A program made the translations under genes and the position numbers. This document shows positions 23,973 through 34,753 of a stretch of DNA of 64,000 bases, in pieces. The stretch lies in contig OZ024742.1 in assembly GCA_964016885.1 (NCBI GenBank), positions 220,906,001 to 220,970,000 on the forward strand. The letters run 5' to 3'. Source of the DNA: Eledone cirrhosa. Lineage: Eukaryota. The notes beneath the pieces were generated by a model. The model worked only from the letters and a program-made list of their open reading frames with translations, was not told the DNA's origin and made no database searches. How positions within the stretch are numbered: the stretch's first letter is position 1; every line of letters begins with the position of its first letter.

Positions 23973-26900
23973 TATTTCTTTTATTTGCCACTGGGGCATC
24001 AAAAGTGGGACAAGTACAAAGGGGGGAGTTTACACAAAAAGGCGTCCTCAATAAGGAGGAGGCAATAACAAAATATAAAAATAAAATAAGATATAACAAA
24101 AAATAAAATTTTTAACAAAATCCTCAATAGAGAGGAGGCGCCTTGGGGGGTCGCACACACCCCCGAAAAAAGTGTGCAACCCTTCTCCTCAGGAGCACAG
24201 AGAAGGGGTGCTCCCTTGGTCTTTCATCTTCCTCACCTATAGTCTGATGTAGAGTGAAGGCCCATTCACACGGGCCATTCTCGCCACTTTCACCCATCTT
24301 TCATAGAAACGGCTGGGGTGCAGCACCTCTCTCTCCATCCTGATCCTTCTTCCGAAATGATATCGGAAGAAACGGACCAGTTGTTGGCCAGAGAGAAAGG
24401 TGCCCGACCTCAGTCCTTTCAGACGCGTCCACCATACAACCTCTTTCGCCATGGCTATTACGCACAGAAACACCGCCTCTGCTTCATCTTTGAAGGGGGG
24501 AGGCGGCTTGATCATTACAATAGACTCGGTGGTCAACCGGATCGGTCCCACCCTTGACAGCAGTTGTTCGACATAGCCCCACAGATCGGCTACGCCCGAG
24601 CAGTGTACTAATGCGTGTGCAACGGTTTCCTCGTCGCACACGCATCTGGGACAGATCTTTTTGGCGGGGTCCCTACCCGGGCGCCCGTGTCTGTAGAGCC
24701 TTTCTCGAACGGGTAAAGCCCCTCGGTAGCACTGCCAGGCCAGGGACTTCTGGAAGTTGTCCATAGGTCCCGGGCTGAATGTCCTACCGAACAGGCTGGC
24801 CAGTTCGTCCTCCTCCATGTCTAGGGCTTCTCCGAGGGCGTCGTCGCACCTGCTGCGTACCAGCCCTCTATAGAATGTTGCGGTGGAGTCTCCACTGATA
24901 ACCGGATCCGCCTGCCAGAGGGCGGTGAGCGCCTGGGCACACTCAGTGTGCCAGGCGCCCAGTTTTCTCGGTCTTTGCTTGACCCAGGATTGCAGCTCGG
25001 TGAGTGAGACGAGTCTGGGAAAGGTTCGTCTCACAAACGAGGCCCACACCGGTTGTCCGGTGAGGAATACGTAGAGGTGCCGTAGCCTTAATGCGTGTTT
25101 ACGCATCATTAGCCACGGCATCCCCAGCCCTCCTTTCGAAGGGTGTTGACAGCAGATGGATCTCCTCACCATAGGAGCCCGCCTCTTCCAAAGGAATTGG
25201 AAGAGCGCGCGCTCCATCTTGGTGAGGGTTTCCCTTGGGCAGGGCACTACGGTCAGGCGGTAGTAGATGACGGACGCTATGTAGGTGTTCGCCACCTCCG
25301 CCCGGCCTTTCAGGGATAGTTTGCAACTGGCCCACTTCTGGGTCAGTGCAAACACCCTGTTCGTAACCTCCGCCCAGTTTTTCTCCACCTGGAGGTCCGG
25401 TCCGAACCAGACCCCGAGCAACTTCACCGGGCCCTCCGTCCAGCGTCCGACGACGCTATCGGAGGGCATCGGTCTGCCCCTCCACGTGCCGAGTTGCAAA
25501 CCGATCGACTTGTCCCGGTTCAGCTTAGCCCCTGTGAACTTTTCGTACTCCTCCAGTAAGGTGCCGACCGCCTCGATTTCGGAGGCCGTCGACACCATTA
25601 CTGTCACGTCATCGGCGTAGGCCGACACCGCTTTCCGCAATCCCGGTTCCAAAGGGATGCCCTGCAACAACTCCAACTTCCGCAGTAGTGGCTCGAGAGT
25701 CAACACATACAGAAGGGAGGAGAGAGGGCACCCTTGTCGGATGGACCGCGCGATTTTGAACGGCTCCGAGAGGTAGCCATTCACCTTGACCCTAGAGCAG
25801 ATGCGGCTGCTGTGCATAGCAGTGATCCAGCCCCTGAAAACGGGTCCGAAGCCTGCCGCCGCTAGCACCGCATCCAGGTAACCATGGTCGACCCTATCGA
25901 ACGCCTTAGATTGATCCAAGTTGATCAGAGCCCCACCAAAGCCGGGTTCGTTCCCAACCCTCTCTATGATGTATCGCATGAGGTGGAGGTTGTCATGGAT
26001 GGACCTGGACGGGATAGCGCATGTCTGCGCATCTCCCACCAGGTTGCCCACGACAAGCGCCAACCTCTTTGCTAGCACCTTGGCCAAAATCTGTAACTCT
26101 GTATTTAGCAGTGTTATGGGCCTGAAGTTACTTATTTCGTCCCCCTTGTTCTCGTCCTTCCTCACTAGCGTGACTACGCCCTTGGTCACAGTACAGGGAA
26201 TTCTCCCGTTCTGTTGCCAGTTGCAGTAGACCGCCTCGAGGAGATCGGGGAACAAGTCCGGCATAGCTAGATATAATTCGTAAGGAAGACCATCGAGACC
26301 CGGGGATTTGCGTTTGCCGCATTGGCTCAGCACGTCCTCTATCTCAGCGGCCGAAATCGGCTCTTCGCAGGACTTCGCCTCCCTGTCCGAGAGGCGCGGC
26401 AGGCCGTCGAGGTATGGACCGAAGTCCACGTTCCCAACCGGCTCCCCGCCCCTCCCGAACAGTCGGGCAAAGTGCCTTTGAAAGGCCTCACACATCTGCT
26501 TAGGCTCAAGAATCGCCCGTCCATCCAGGTCTCGCAAAGACCGGATGGTGGATTTAGTTCCACTGTTGGCCTCTGTCACGCGGGCCCAGCTAACAGCTTT
26601 GGTCCCCTCGTTCCCTAGAGCACGTATTTTACTTCGGACAACGCAGCCTTCGTGCTTCGCGTCGAAAAACTGGCTCAAAGCCGTTCTCGACGCTAGCACT
26701 CTGGCCACGTCGCCGCTTCTAATTGCCTCTTCTACTCTATCTATTAGCTCCCTTTCCTTCCTATTCCTATCCGCAGCTAGAACCTTACTAAATTCTATCG
26801 AGACTACTCTAATCTCTCTCTTTAGAGATACCCACCACCTGCTGTTGACGATCGCTCCAGTCAACCGTTCCTTAACTAACGTACTAATCCGATTCCTGTA

Positions 26901-27016
26901 GGCTCTACTTGCCGGCAAGGACAAGTTGAGCTTCCAGTAACCGGGGCCCTGTCTATGAGTTCTGTCAAGGTTGACCATGCAGGTCACTAATTTGTGGTCT
27001 GAATAGCCAACAATGC
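23973..27016 (-). mobile_element. Tx1-clade LINE, subfamily B copy 2, 5'-truncated, young insertion into the satellite
   Basis: Uninterrupted ORF. The satellite phase implies a 16-bp TSD GTTCTGAAGAGAGATA (23957-23972 and 27017-27032). The 3' end AATAAAAGAAATA has no poly(A). Confidence 0.92.
24237..26987 (-). CDS. Tx1 ORF2, open for 916 codons (end of APE, RT, CCHC); N-terminal endonuclease truncated
   Basis: GPGYWKLN, KSPGLDGLPYE, FRPITLLN, LDQSKAFDRV, RQGCPLS, AYADD and CPRC..EETVAHALVHC, with no stops. Confidence 0.9.
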   Translation of the reverse strand: MTCMVNLDRTHRQGPGYWKLNLSLPASRAYRNRISTLVKERLTGAIVNSRWWVSLKREIRVVSIEFSKVLAADRNRKERELIDRVEEAIRSGDVARVLASRTALSQFFDAKHEGCVVRSKIRALGNEGTKAVSWARVTEANSGTKSTIRSLRDLDGRAILEPKQMCEAFQRHFARLFGRGGEPVGNVDFGPYLDGLPRLSDREAKSCEEPISAAEIEDVLSQCGKRKSPGLDGLPYELYLAMPDLFPDLLEAVYCNWQQNGRIPCTVTKGVVTLVRKDENKGDEISNFRPITLLNTELQILAKVLAKRLALVVGNLVGDAQTCAIPSRSIHDNLHLMRYIIERVGNEPGFGGALINLDQSKAFDRVDHGYLDAVLAAAGFGPVFRGWITAMHSSRICSRVKVNGYLSEPFKIARSIRQGCPLSSLLYVLTLEPLLRKLELLQGIPLEPGLRKAVSAYADDVTVMVSTASEIEAVGTLLEEYEKFTGAKLNRDKSIGLQLGTWRGRPMPSDSVVGRWTEGPVKLLGVWFGPDLQVEKNWAEVTNRVFALTQKWASCKLSLKGRAEVANTYIASVIYYRLTVVPCPRETLTKMERALFQFLWKRRAPMVRRSICCQHPSKGGLGMPWLMMRKHALRLRHLYVFLTGQPVWASFVRRTFPRLVSLTELQSWVKQRPRKLGAWHTECAQALTALWQADPVISGDSTATFYRGLVRSRCDDALGEALDMEEDELASLFGRTFSPGPMDNFQKSLAWQCYRGALPVRERLYRHGRPGRDPAKKICPRCVCDEETVAHALVHCSGVADLWGYVEQLLSRVGPIRLTTESIVMIKPPPPFKDEAEAVFLCVIAMAKEVVWWTRLKGLRSGTFLSGQQLVRFFRYHFGRRIRMEREVLHPSRFYERWVKVARMARVNGPSLYIRL

Positions 27017-30000
27017 GTTCTGAAGAGAGATAGTAACAGAAACAGAAAGACTAGTGTGTTCTGAAGAGAGATAGTAACAGAAATAGAAAGACCAGTGTGT
27101 TCTGAAGAGAGATAGTAACAGAAATAGAAAGATCTGTGTGTTCTGAAGAGAGATAGTAACAGAAATAGAAAGATCTGTGTGTTCTGAAGAGAGATAGTAA
27201 CAGAAACAGAAAGACTAGTGTGTTCTGAAGAGAGATAGTAACAGAAATAGAAAGACCAGTGTATTCTGAAGAGAGATAGTAACAGAAATAGAAAGATCTG
27301 TGTGTTCTGAAGAGAGATAGTAACAGAAATAGAAAGATCTGTGTGTTCTGAAGAGAGATAGTAACAGAAACAGAAAGATCTGTGTGTTCTGAAGAGAGAT
27401 AGTAACAGAAATAGAAAGATCTGTGTGTTCTGAAGAGAGATAGTAACAGAAACAGAAAGACTAGTGTGTTCTGAAGAGAGATAGTAACAGAAATAGAAAG
27501 ACCAGTGTATTCTGAAGAGAGATAGTAACAGAAATAGAAAGATCTGTGTGTTCTGAAGAGAGATAGTAACAGAAATAGAAAGATCTGTGTGTTCTGAAGA
27601 GAGATAGTAACAGAAACAGAAAGACTAGTGTGTTCTGAAGAGAGATAGTAACAGAAATAGAAAGACCAGTGTATTCTGAAGAGAGATAGTAACAGAAATA
27701 GAAAGACCAGTGTATTCTGAAGAGAGATAGTAACAGAAATAGAAAGATCTGTGTGTTCTGAAGAGAGATAGTAACAGAAACAGAAAGACCAGTGTATTCT
27801 GAAGAGAGATAGTAACAGAAACAGAAAGATCTGTGTGTTCTGAAGAGAGATAGTAACAGAAATAGAAAGACCAGTGTTTTCTGAAGAGAGATAGTAACAG
27901 AAATAGAAAGACCAGTGTATTCTGAAGAGAGATAGTAACAGAAATAGAAAGACCAGTGTGTTCTGAAGAGAGATAGTAACAGAAATAGAAAAACCAGTGT
28001 GTTCTGAAGAGAGATAGTAACAGAAATAGAAAGAACTGTGTATTCTGAAGAAAGATAGTAACAGAAATAGAAAGATCTGTGTGTTCTGAAGAGAGATAGT
28101 AACAGAAATAGAAAGACCAGTGTATTCTGAAGAGAGATAGTAACAGAAATAGAAAGACCAGTGTATTCTGAAGAGAGATAGTAACAGAAATAGAAAGAAC
28201 TGTGTGTTCTGAAGAGAGATAGTAACAGAAACAGAAAGATCTGTGTGTTCTGAAGAGAGATAGTAACAGAAATAGAAAGACCAGTGTATTCTGAAGAGAG
28301 ATAGTAACAGAAACAGAAAGATCTGTGTGTTCTGAAGAGAGATAGTAACAGAAATAGAAAGACCAGTGTGTTCTGAAGAGAGATAGTAACAGAAATAGAA
28401 AGACCAGTGTATTCTGAAGAGAGATAGTAACAGAAATAGAAAGACCAGTGTATTCTGAAGAGAGATAGTAACAGAAATAGAAAGATCTGTGTGTTCTGAA
28501 GAGAGATAGTAACAGAAACAGAAAGACTAGTGTGTTCTGAAGAGAGATAGTAACAGAAATAGAAAGACCAGTGTATTCTGAAGAGAGATAGTAACAGAAA
28601 TAGAAAGATCTGTGTGTTCTGAAGAGAGATAGTAACAGAAATAGAAAGATCTGTGTGTTCTGAAGAGAGATAGTAACAGAAACAGAAAGATCTGTGTGTT
28701 CTGAAGAGAGATAGTAACAGAAATAGAAAGATCTGTGTGTTCTGAAGAGAGATAGTAACAGAAACAGAAAGACTAGTGTGTTCTGAAGAGAGATAGTAAC
28801 AGAAACAGAAAGACTAGTGTGTTCTGAAGAGAGATAGTAACAGAAATAGAAAGACCAGTGTATTCTGAAGAGAGATAGTAACAGAAATAGAAAGATCTGT
28901 GTGTTCTGAAGAGAGATAGTAACAGAAATAGAAAGATCTGTGTGTTCTGAAGAGAGATAGTAACAGAAACAGAAAGACTAGTGTGTTCTGAAGAGAGATA
29001 GTAACAGAAATAGAAAGACCAGTGTATTCTGAAGAGAGATAGTAACAGAAATAGAAAGATCTGTGTGTTCTGAAGAGAGATAGTAACAGAAATAGAAAGA
29101 TCTGTGTGTTCTGAAGAGAGATAGTAACAGAAACAGAAAGACTAGTGTGTTCTGAAGAGAGATAGTAACAGAAATAGAAAGACCAGTGTATTCTGAAGAG
29201 AGATAGTAACAGAAATAGAAAGATCTGTGTGTTCTGAAGAGAGATAGTAACAGAAATAGAAAGATCTGTGTGTTCTGAAGAGAGATAGTAACAGAAACAG
29301 AAAGACTAGTGTGTTCTGAAGAGAGATAGTAACAGAAATAGAAAGACCAGTGTATTCTGAAGAGAGATAGTAACAGAAATAGAAAGATCTGTGTGTTCTG
29401 AAGAGAGATAGTAACAGAAATAGAAAGATCTGTGTGTTCTGAAGAGAGATAGTAACAGAAACAGAAAGATCTGTGTGTTCTGAAGAGAGATAGTAACAGA
29501 AATAGAAAGATCTGTGTGTTCTGAAGAGAGATAGTAACAGAAACAGAAAGACTAGTGTGTTCTGAAGAGAGATAGTAACAGAAATAGAAAGACCAGTGTA
29601 TTCTGAAGAGAGATAGTAACAGAAATAGAAAGATCTGTGTGTTCTGAAGAGAGATAGTAACAGAAATAGAAAGATCTGTGTGTTCTGAAGAGAGATAGTA
29701 ACAGAAACAGAAAGACTAGTGTGTTCTGAAGAGAGATAGTAACAGAAATAGAAAGACCAGTGTATTCTGAAGAGAGATAGTAACAGAAATAGAAAGACCA
29801 GTATATTCTGAAGAGAGATAGTAACAGAAATAGAAAGATCTGTGTGTTCTGAAGAGAGATAGTAACAGAAACAGAAAGACCAGTGTATTCTGAAGAGAGA
29901 TAGTAACAGAAACAGAAAGATCTGTGTGTTCTGAAGAGAGATAGTAACAGAAATAGAAAGACCAGTGTGTTCTGAAGAGAGATAGTAACAGAAATAGAAA

Positions 30001-31394
30001 GACCAGTGTATTCTGAAGAGAGATAGTAACAGAAATAGAAAGACCAGTGTGTTCTGAAGAGAGATAGTAACAGAAATAGAAAGACCAGTGTGTTCTGAAG
30101 AGAGATAGTAACAGAAATAGAAAGAACTGTGTATTCTGAAGAGAGATAGTAACAGAAATAGAAAGATCTGTGTGTTCTGAAGAGAGATAGTAACAGAAAT
30201 AGAAAGACCAGTGTATTCTGAAGAGAGATAGTAACAGAAATAGAAAGACCAGTGTATTCTGAAGAGAGATAGTAACAGAAATAGAAAGAACTGTGTGTTC
30301 TGAAGAGAGATAGTAACAGAAACAGAAAGATCTGTGTGTTCTGAAGAGAGATAGTAACAGAAATAGAAAGACCAGTGTATTCTGAAGAGAGATAGTAACA
30401 GAAACAGAAAGATCTGTGTGTTCTGAAGAGAGATAGTAACAGAAATAGAAAGACCAGTGTGTTCTGAAGAGAGATAGTAACAGAAATAGAAAGACCAGTG
30501 TATTCTGAAGAGAGATAGTAACAGAAATAGAAAGACCAGTGTGTTCTGAAGAGAGATAGTAACAGAAATAGAAAGACCAGTGTGTTCTGAAGAGAGATAG
30601 TAACAGAAATAGAAAGAACTGTGTATTCTGAAGAGAGATAGTAACAGAAATAGAAAGATCTGTGTGTTCTGAAGAGAGATAGTAACAGAAATAGAAAGAC
30701 CAGTGTATTCTGAAGAGAGATAGTAACAGAAATAGAAAGACCAGTGTATTCTGAAGAGAGATAGTAACAGAAATAGAAAGAACTGTGTGTTCTGAAGAGA
30801 GATAGTAACAGAAATAGAAAGACCAGTGTATTCTGAAGAGAGATAGTAACAGAAATAGAAAGAACTGTGTGTTCTGAAGAGAGATAGTAACAGAAACAGA
30901 AAGATCTGTGTGTTCTGAAGAGAGATAGTAACAGAAATAGAAAGACCAGTGTATTCTGAAGAGAGATAGTAACAGAAACAGAAAGATCTGTGTGTTCTGA
31001 AGAGAGATAGTAACAGAAATAGAAAGACCAGTGTGTTCTGAAGAGAGATAGTAACAGAAATAGAAAGACCAGTGTATTCTGAAGAGAGATAGTAACAGAA
31101 ATAGAAAGACCAGTGTGTTCTGAAGAGAGATAGTAACAGAAATAGAAAGACCAGTGTGTTCTGAAGAGAGATAGTAACAGAAATAGAAAGAACTGTGTAT
31201 TCTGAAGAGAGATAGTAACAGAAATAGAAAGATCTGTGTGTTCTGAAGAGAGATAGTAACAGAAATAGAAAGACCAGTGTATTCTGAAGAGAGATAGTAA
31301 CAGAAATAGAAAGACCAGTGTATTCTGAAGAGAGATAGTAACAGAAATAGAAAGAACTGTGTGTTCTGAAGAGAGATAGTAACAGAAATAGAAA
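27017..31394. repeat. 41-bp tandem satellite, right arm (about 107 units) with higher-order structure
   Basis: Same unit as the left arm; the order of variants recurs in blocks. Confidence 0.98.
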
Positions 31395-31940
31395 GAGCAT
31401 TATAATAAATGTTCGGTGAATCCATACGTGCATATATATATGTGTGCATGTATGTATATATATATACATACTACTGTACGTCTGTATACATATATGTATG
31501 TACGTGTACATACTTATATTTAAGTAACAGCCGTACTAAGAGTGGGAAATGAAATGTTTCATTTTTTCCGTTTATCGTTTTCGGTGCACCCGGCCGATTA
31601 ACCCACTCGATATGCAATTTGGGCTACTCAGCCGTTAATATGCATAAGGTAAGTATATACGTTCAACAATCTGGCAGGAATGTATACGTTGCTGGCGATA
31701 GCTAACAAGCTTGAAACTAGTACAGCGTTCCTTTGTCAGTGTTGAACAAACGAGCAACGATGGTTGCTGGACACTACGGCTTAATACGGGATGTTTGTTT
31801 ACAAACACACCGAGCATTATAATAAATGTTCGGTGAATCCATACGTGCATATATATATGTGTGCATGTATGTATATATATATATATATACATACTACTGT
31901 ACGTCTGTATACATATATGTATGTACGTGTACATACTTAT
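31395..31940 (+). mobile_element. About 417-bp hammerhead-containing repeat (family H1), 1.3 tandem units; retrozyme or Penelope pLTR-like
   Basis: GAGCATTATAATAAATGTTCGG recurs at 31395 and 31812. Homologous to units at 39.2-40.05 kb and 40.84-41.99 kb. Confidence 0.75.
31661..31747 (+). ncRNA. Type I hammerhead ribozyme, H1 copy with mutated core (CUGGCGA)
   Basis: CGTTG-CTGGCGA-TAGCTAACAAGCTT-GAAA-CTAGTA-CAGCG. The A6G substitution probably inactivates it. Confidence 0.7.
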
Positions 31941-32084
31941 ATAATATTATGTACGTATGTATGGTCCCATACATTTTTAAGCCTGGCGGAGCCCATTCCT
32001 CTCCAGGTTGAGTACAGCGGATTTCTTCAAGAGACAGATAGAAAGTGGAAGAGAGGAAATGGGAAAGAGATATAGAGGAAGAAT

Positions 32085-32240
32085 CTACCCCAGTACTAGA
32101 CTGGTATTTTTTTTATCGACCTGAAAAGTATGAAAGGCAAAGTTGACTTCAGTGGAATTTGAACTGAGAGAGCAGAGAGCCGGAACAAATACCATAAAGC
32201 ATTCTATCTGACATTCTATCAACTCTGCCAATTCGGCACC
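32085..32240 (-). mobile_element. Diverged tRNA-derived SINE
   Basis: Reverse-complement B-box GTTCAAATTCC and core GCCTTTCAT..GTCGATAAA..TACCAG. Confidence 0.75.
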
Positions 32241-32521
32241 TATAAACAATAATATACAACATTTCCAACAAATCCCATTCAGATTTTCCTTACAGTCACT
32301 CTGTTCTCCTAATCTTTTTCAGACCACAAATAGTCATGAGATCAGTATTCTATTCTATTCTGGTTTCTGAACTATTAACTAAATGTGAAATTGATTTCCT
32401 CTTGGATAGGATGCAGGTTAATTGCACGTATGTTTTCCATGTGAACAGTGACCTATACTGCACTCCTTAGAGCTGAGTGGATTGGTCTGTAGGGAATAAC
32501 ATATCTAGAGAAATAATGATA

Positions 32522-32702
32522 ATTTTTTCTACTTTAGGCACAAGGCCAGCAATTATCCCAGTGCATTACTGGTGCTTTATTTTATCGACCCCGTTATGAT
32601 GAAAGGCAAAATTAACCTCAGCGGGATTTGAACTCAGACTGCAAAGGGCCGTAACTCTGTGCTGCAAAGTATGGTGTCCGACCCTCTACTGATACTGCCA
32701 AT
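32522..32702 (-). mobile_element. tRNA-derived SINE copy
   Basis: Reverse complement of the 10027-type SINE, with A/B boxes, core and tail. Confidence 0.88.
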
Positions 32703-33600
32703 AATAATGATTATGAAATTATTGTGTACAGTGCTCAGGTGCAATACAACTCATCAAAGGTGCATGTATAGGATATAGAATAATGTACAAATGTCAGGAA
32801 AGTGAACAGTGTATGAGTCATGATATACACACAGATACATGTATGCACGTGTATGGAGGTAGAATATCAGGTGTAGTGTTGGTGAATTTCGGGAAGCATG
32901 GAAGTTTTGAAGGATGCAGTGTCCCAACAGCTAACAACCGAGGCAGGTAGTATGTTCCATGCCTCAGCAACTCTGAGCATGAAAAAATGTTTCTGAAAGT
33001 CATGGGAGCTGTCCTGTTTTCTGACTTTGTAGGCATGCCCACGTGTGTTAGACACATGGAATTCAAAAAGGTGCTCAGGGTTGTTGTTGGCAAGATGGTT
33101 AATAATTTTGTGGGTGTTTACCAAGTCAGTTGCCAGATGGAGCTTCAATGTATCGATGCCCAGGTAAGCAAGTCATCCAGAATATGGTAGCTGCCTTATG
33201 GAGGGTATTTACTTGGTTACTCGTCTCTGAACAGTTTCCAGGAGATCAATATTCTGAGCAAGAAAGGGGTTCCAGACTGGTGATATAAATTCTAAGTGTG
33301 GCCACACCATAGCTTTATACAGCTTTAGATAGATAGCAGGAGAGCATCTGAGTGATGCCAAGACACCCTCAGCCTTCTTAACAATTTTAGAGATGTGCTG
33401 TGTCCAACGCAAATCACTGTTGACAATAATTCCTAGGTCACGTTCACAAGAAGACTTCTTGAGATTAGCATTGTGGAAGGAGTATGTGAACACTGAGTTT
33501 TTCCTCCCAAAATGCATGGTGGTACACTTGTCCTCAACCAGCTTGAGTTGCTAGTATGTGATCCATTGCTGAATTGTGTCCAGGTCTGATTACAGGAAAG
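32703..33600 (-). mobile_element. CR1-clade LINE 3' fragment
   Basis: MHFGRKN..ERDLGIIV..LYKAMVWPHLEF..VWNP..LETVQRRVTK and TRGHAYKV..HFFMLRVAEAWNILP. The 3' UTR ends in an ATT-rich tail abutting the SINE head. Confidence 0.85.
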
Positions 33601-34679
33601 ATCTACATTACTTGAGCAGCTTTGCTCCCATAGCCTATTTGTTTTAGTTGAACTGGTTGCTCTTTAACCTATTGGTGCAACCAGCTACATTTCCATTGAC
33701 TAGACTAAGAAGCAATATTCTTTTAATTGGGATAATTAAAATAAACACATTTCGCCAATTGTTCCCATTTGCGCCTTTCAGGGTTTTCCTGTAAGCCAAG
33801 TGTTACCCATTGCCCCATCTCCCATAATAACTTATTGCTGTTAGGTTTGAGGTTACTTATTTGTCTGGCAGGAGCTCACTTGTATCGCAACTAACCATCA
33901 TATCTGGTGGCCATATCACTCCAAGGTGCCTATGGCCCTTTTTCTTGGCGGGGGAGATTTTATGAGCTAAGCCACCAACAGGAGACCTAGAAGTAGATCA
34001 ATAGCCAGATGGTTGGATAAAATCCATAAGCTCAGTGATCCAGCCAATTCATTTGGAAACAGGACTCCTAGGAATAAGTATTCAAAAAAGAAATTTCACC
34101 ATATTCTTTTAAATTACTAAATAAATTAAATTACTCAAGGGAGGCACATTTTAAACCCCTTGATCTCTTGCGATATCATTTTGAAAAATACATGTAGTCG
34201 TTAGTGTTACTATATTTTCTATATGTAACAATCCGGCTGTTGTTTTAATATTTTCCATTCAGAATGTCGGTATATCTTTTATATAGAGACATTTATTTAC
34301 TAATATAGGATGTTCGGAGAAGTTCGTTTGTTATACACTACATTTGAAAAGCAACCACTTGTTCTCTATTCAAAGCCTTTTAATTCTTGAAGCGAAGATT
34401 TATTTGTTGTGGAGAAATGACGAACACAACAAATATCAACAATTCTGGTGGAATATATATCTCAGGGGCGGTGGAGGCATTTCTGAATGGGGGTGGGTTG
34501 GCAAATTTGGTCAATTTAGTTGTAGTGGTTAGTTTAGCACTCTAAAATGGTCAGAAAACTTTGATATGCGATAAACATAACATGTACATAAATTGTATCG
34601 CATATACAAATAGATGTGTGTTTTGGTAGTTTGGAGAGAAAAATATACTGCTACACAAGTCATTTCGTATGATACTTAC

Positions 34680-34703
34680 CTCATTGACTACGTCAGCATT
34701 TAT
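34680..34703 (-). other. Candidate 24-nt micro-exon (INADVVNE in phase 0)
   Basis: Minus strand reads gcttttaaatttag|ATAAATGCTGACGTAGTCAATGAG|gtaagtatc: consensus donor, plausible acceptor, length a multiple of 3, in non-repetitive DNA. Confidence 0.3.
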
Positions 34704-34753
34704 CTAAATTTAAAAGCTATGCAATGTATTTAGAGTAAATATATATATGAGAC

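Noticed and set aside
29142-31511. 789-aa and 577-aa hydrophobic ORFs (and 23257-24099) resembling membrane proteins
   Set aside because: The minus strand of the 41-bp unit lacks stops in all frames except in the ACTAG variant, so 41-aa periodic ORFs arise automatically. They overlap in several frames and start in unrelated repeats.
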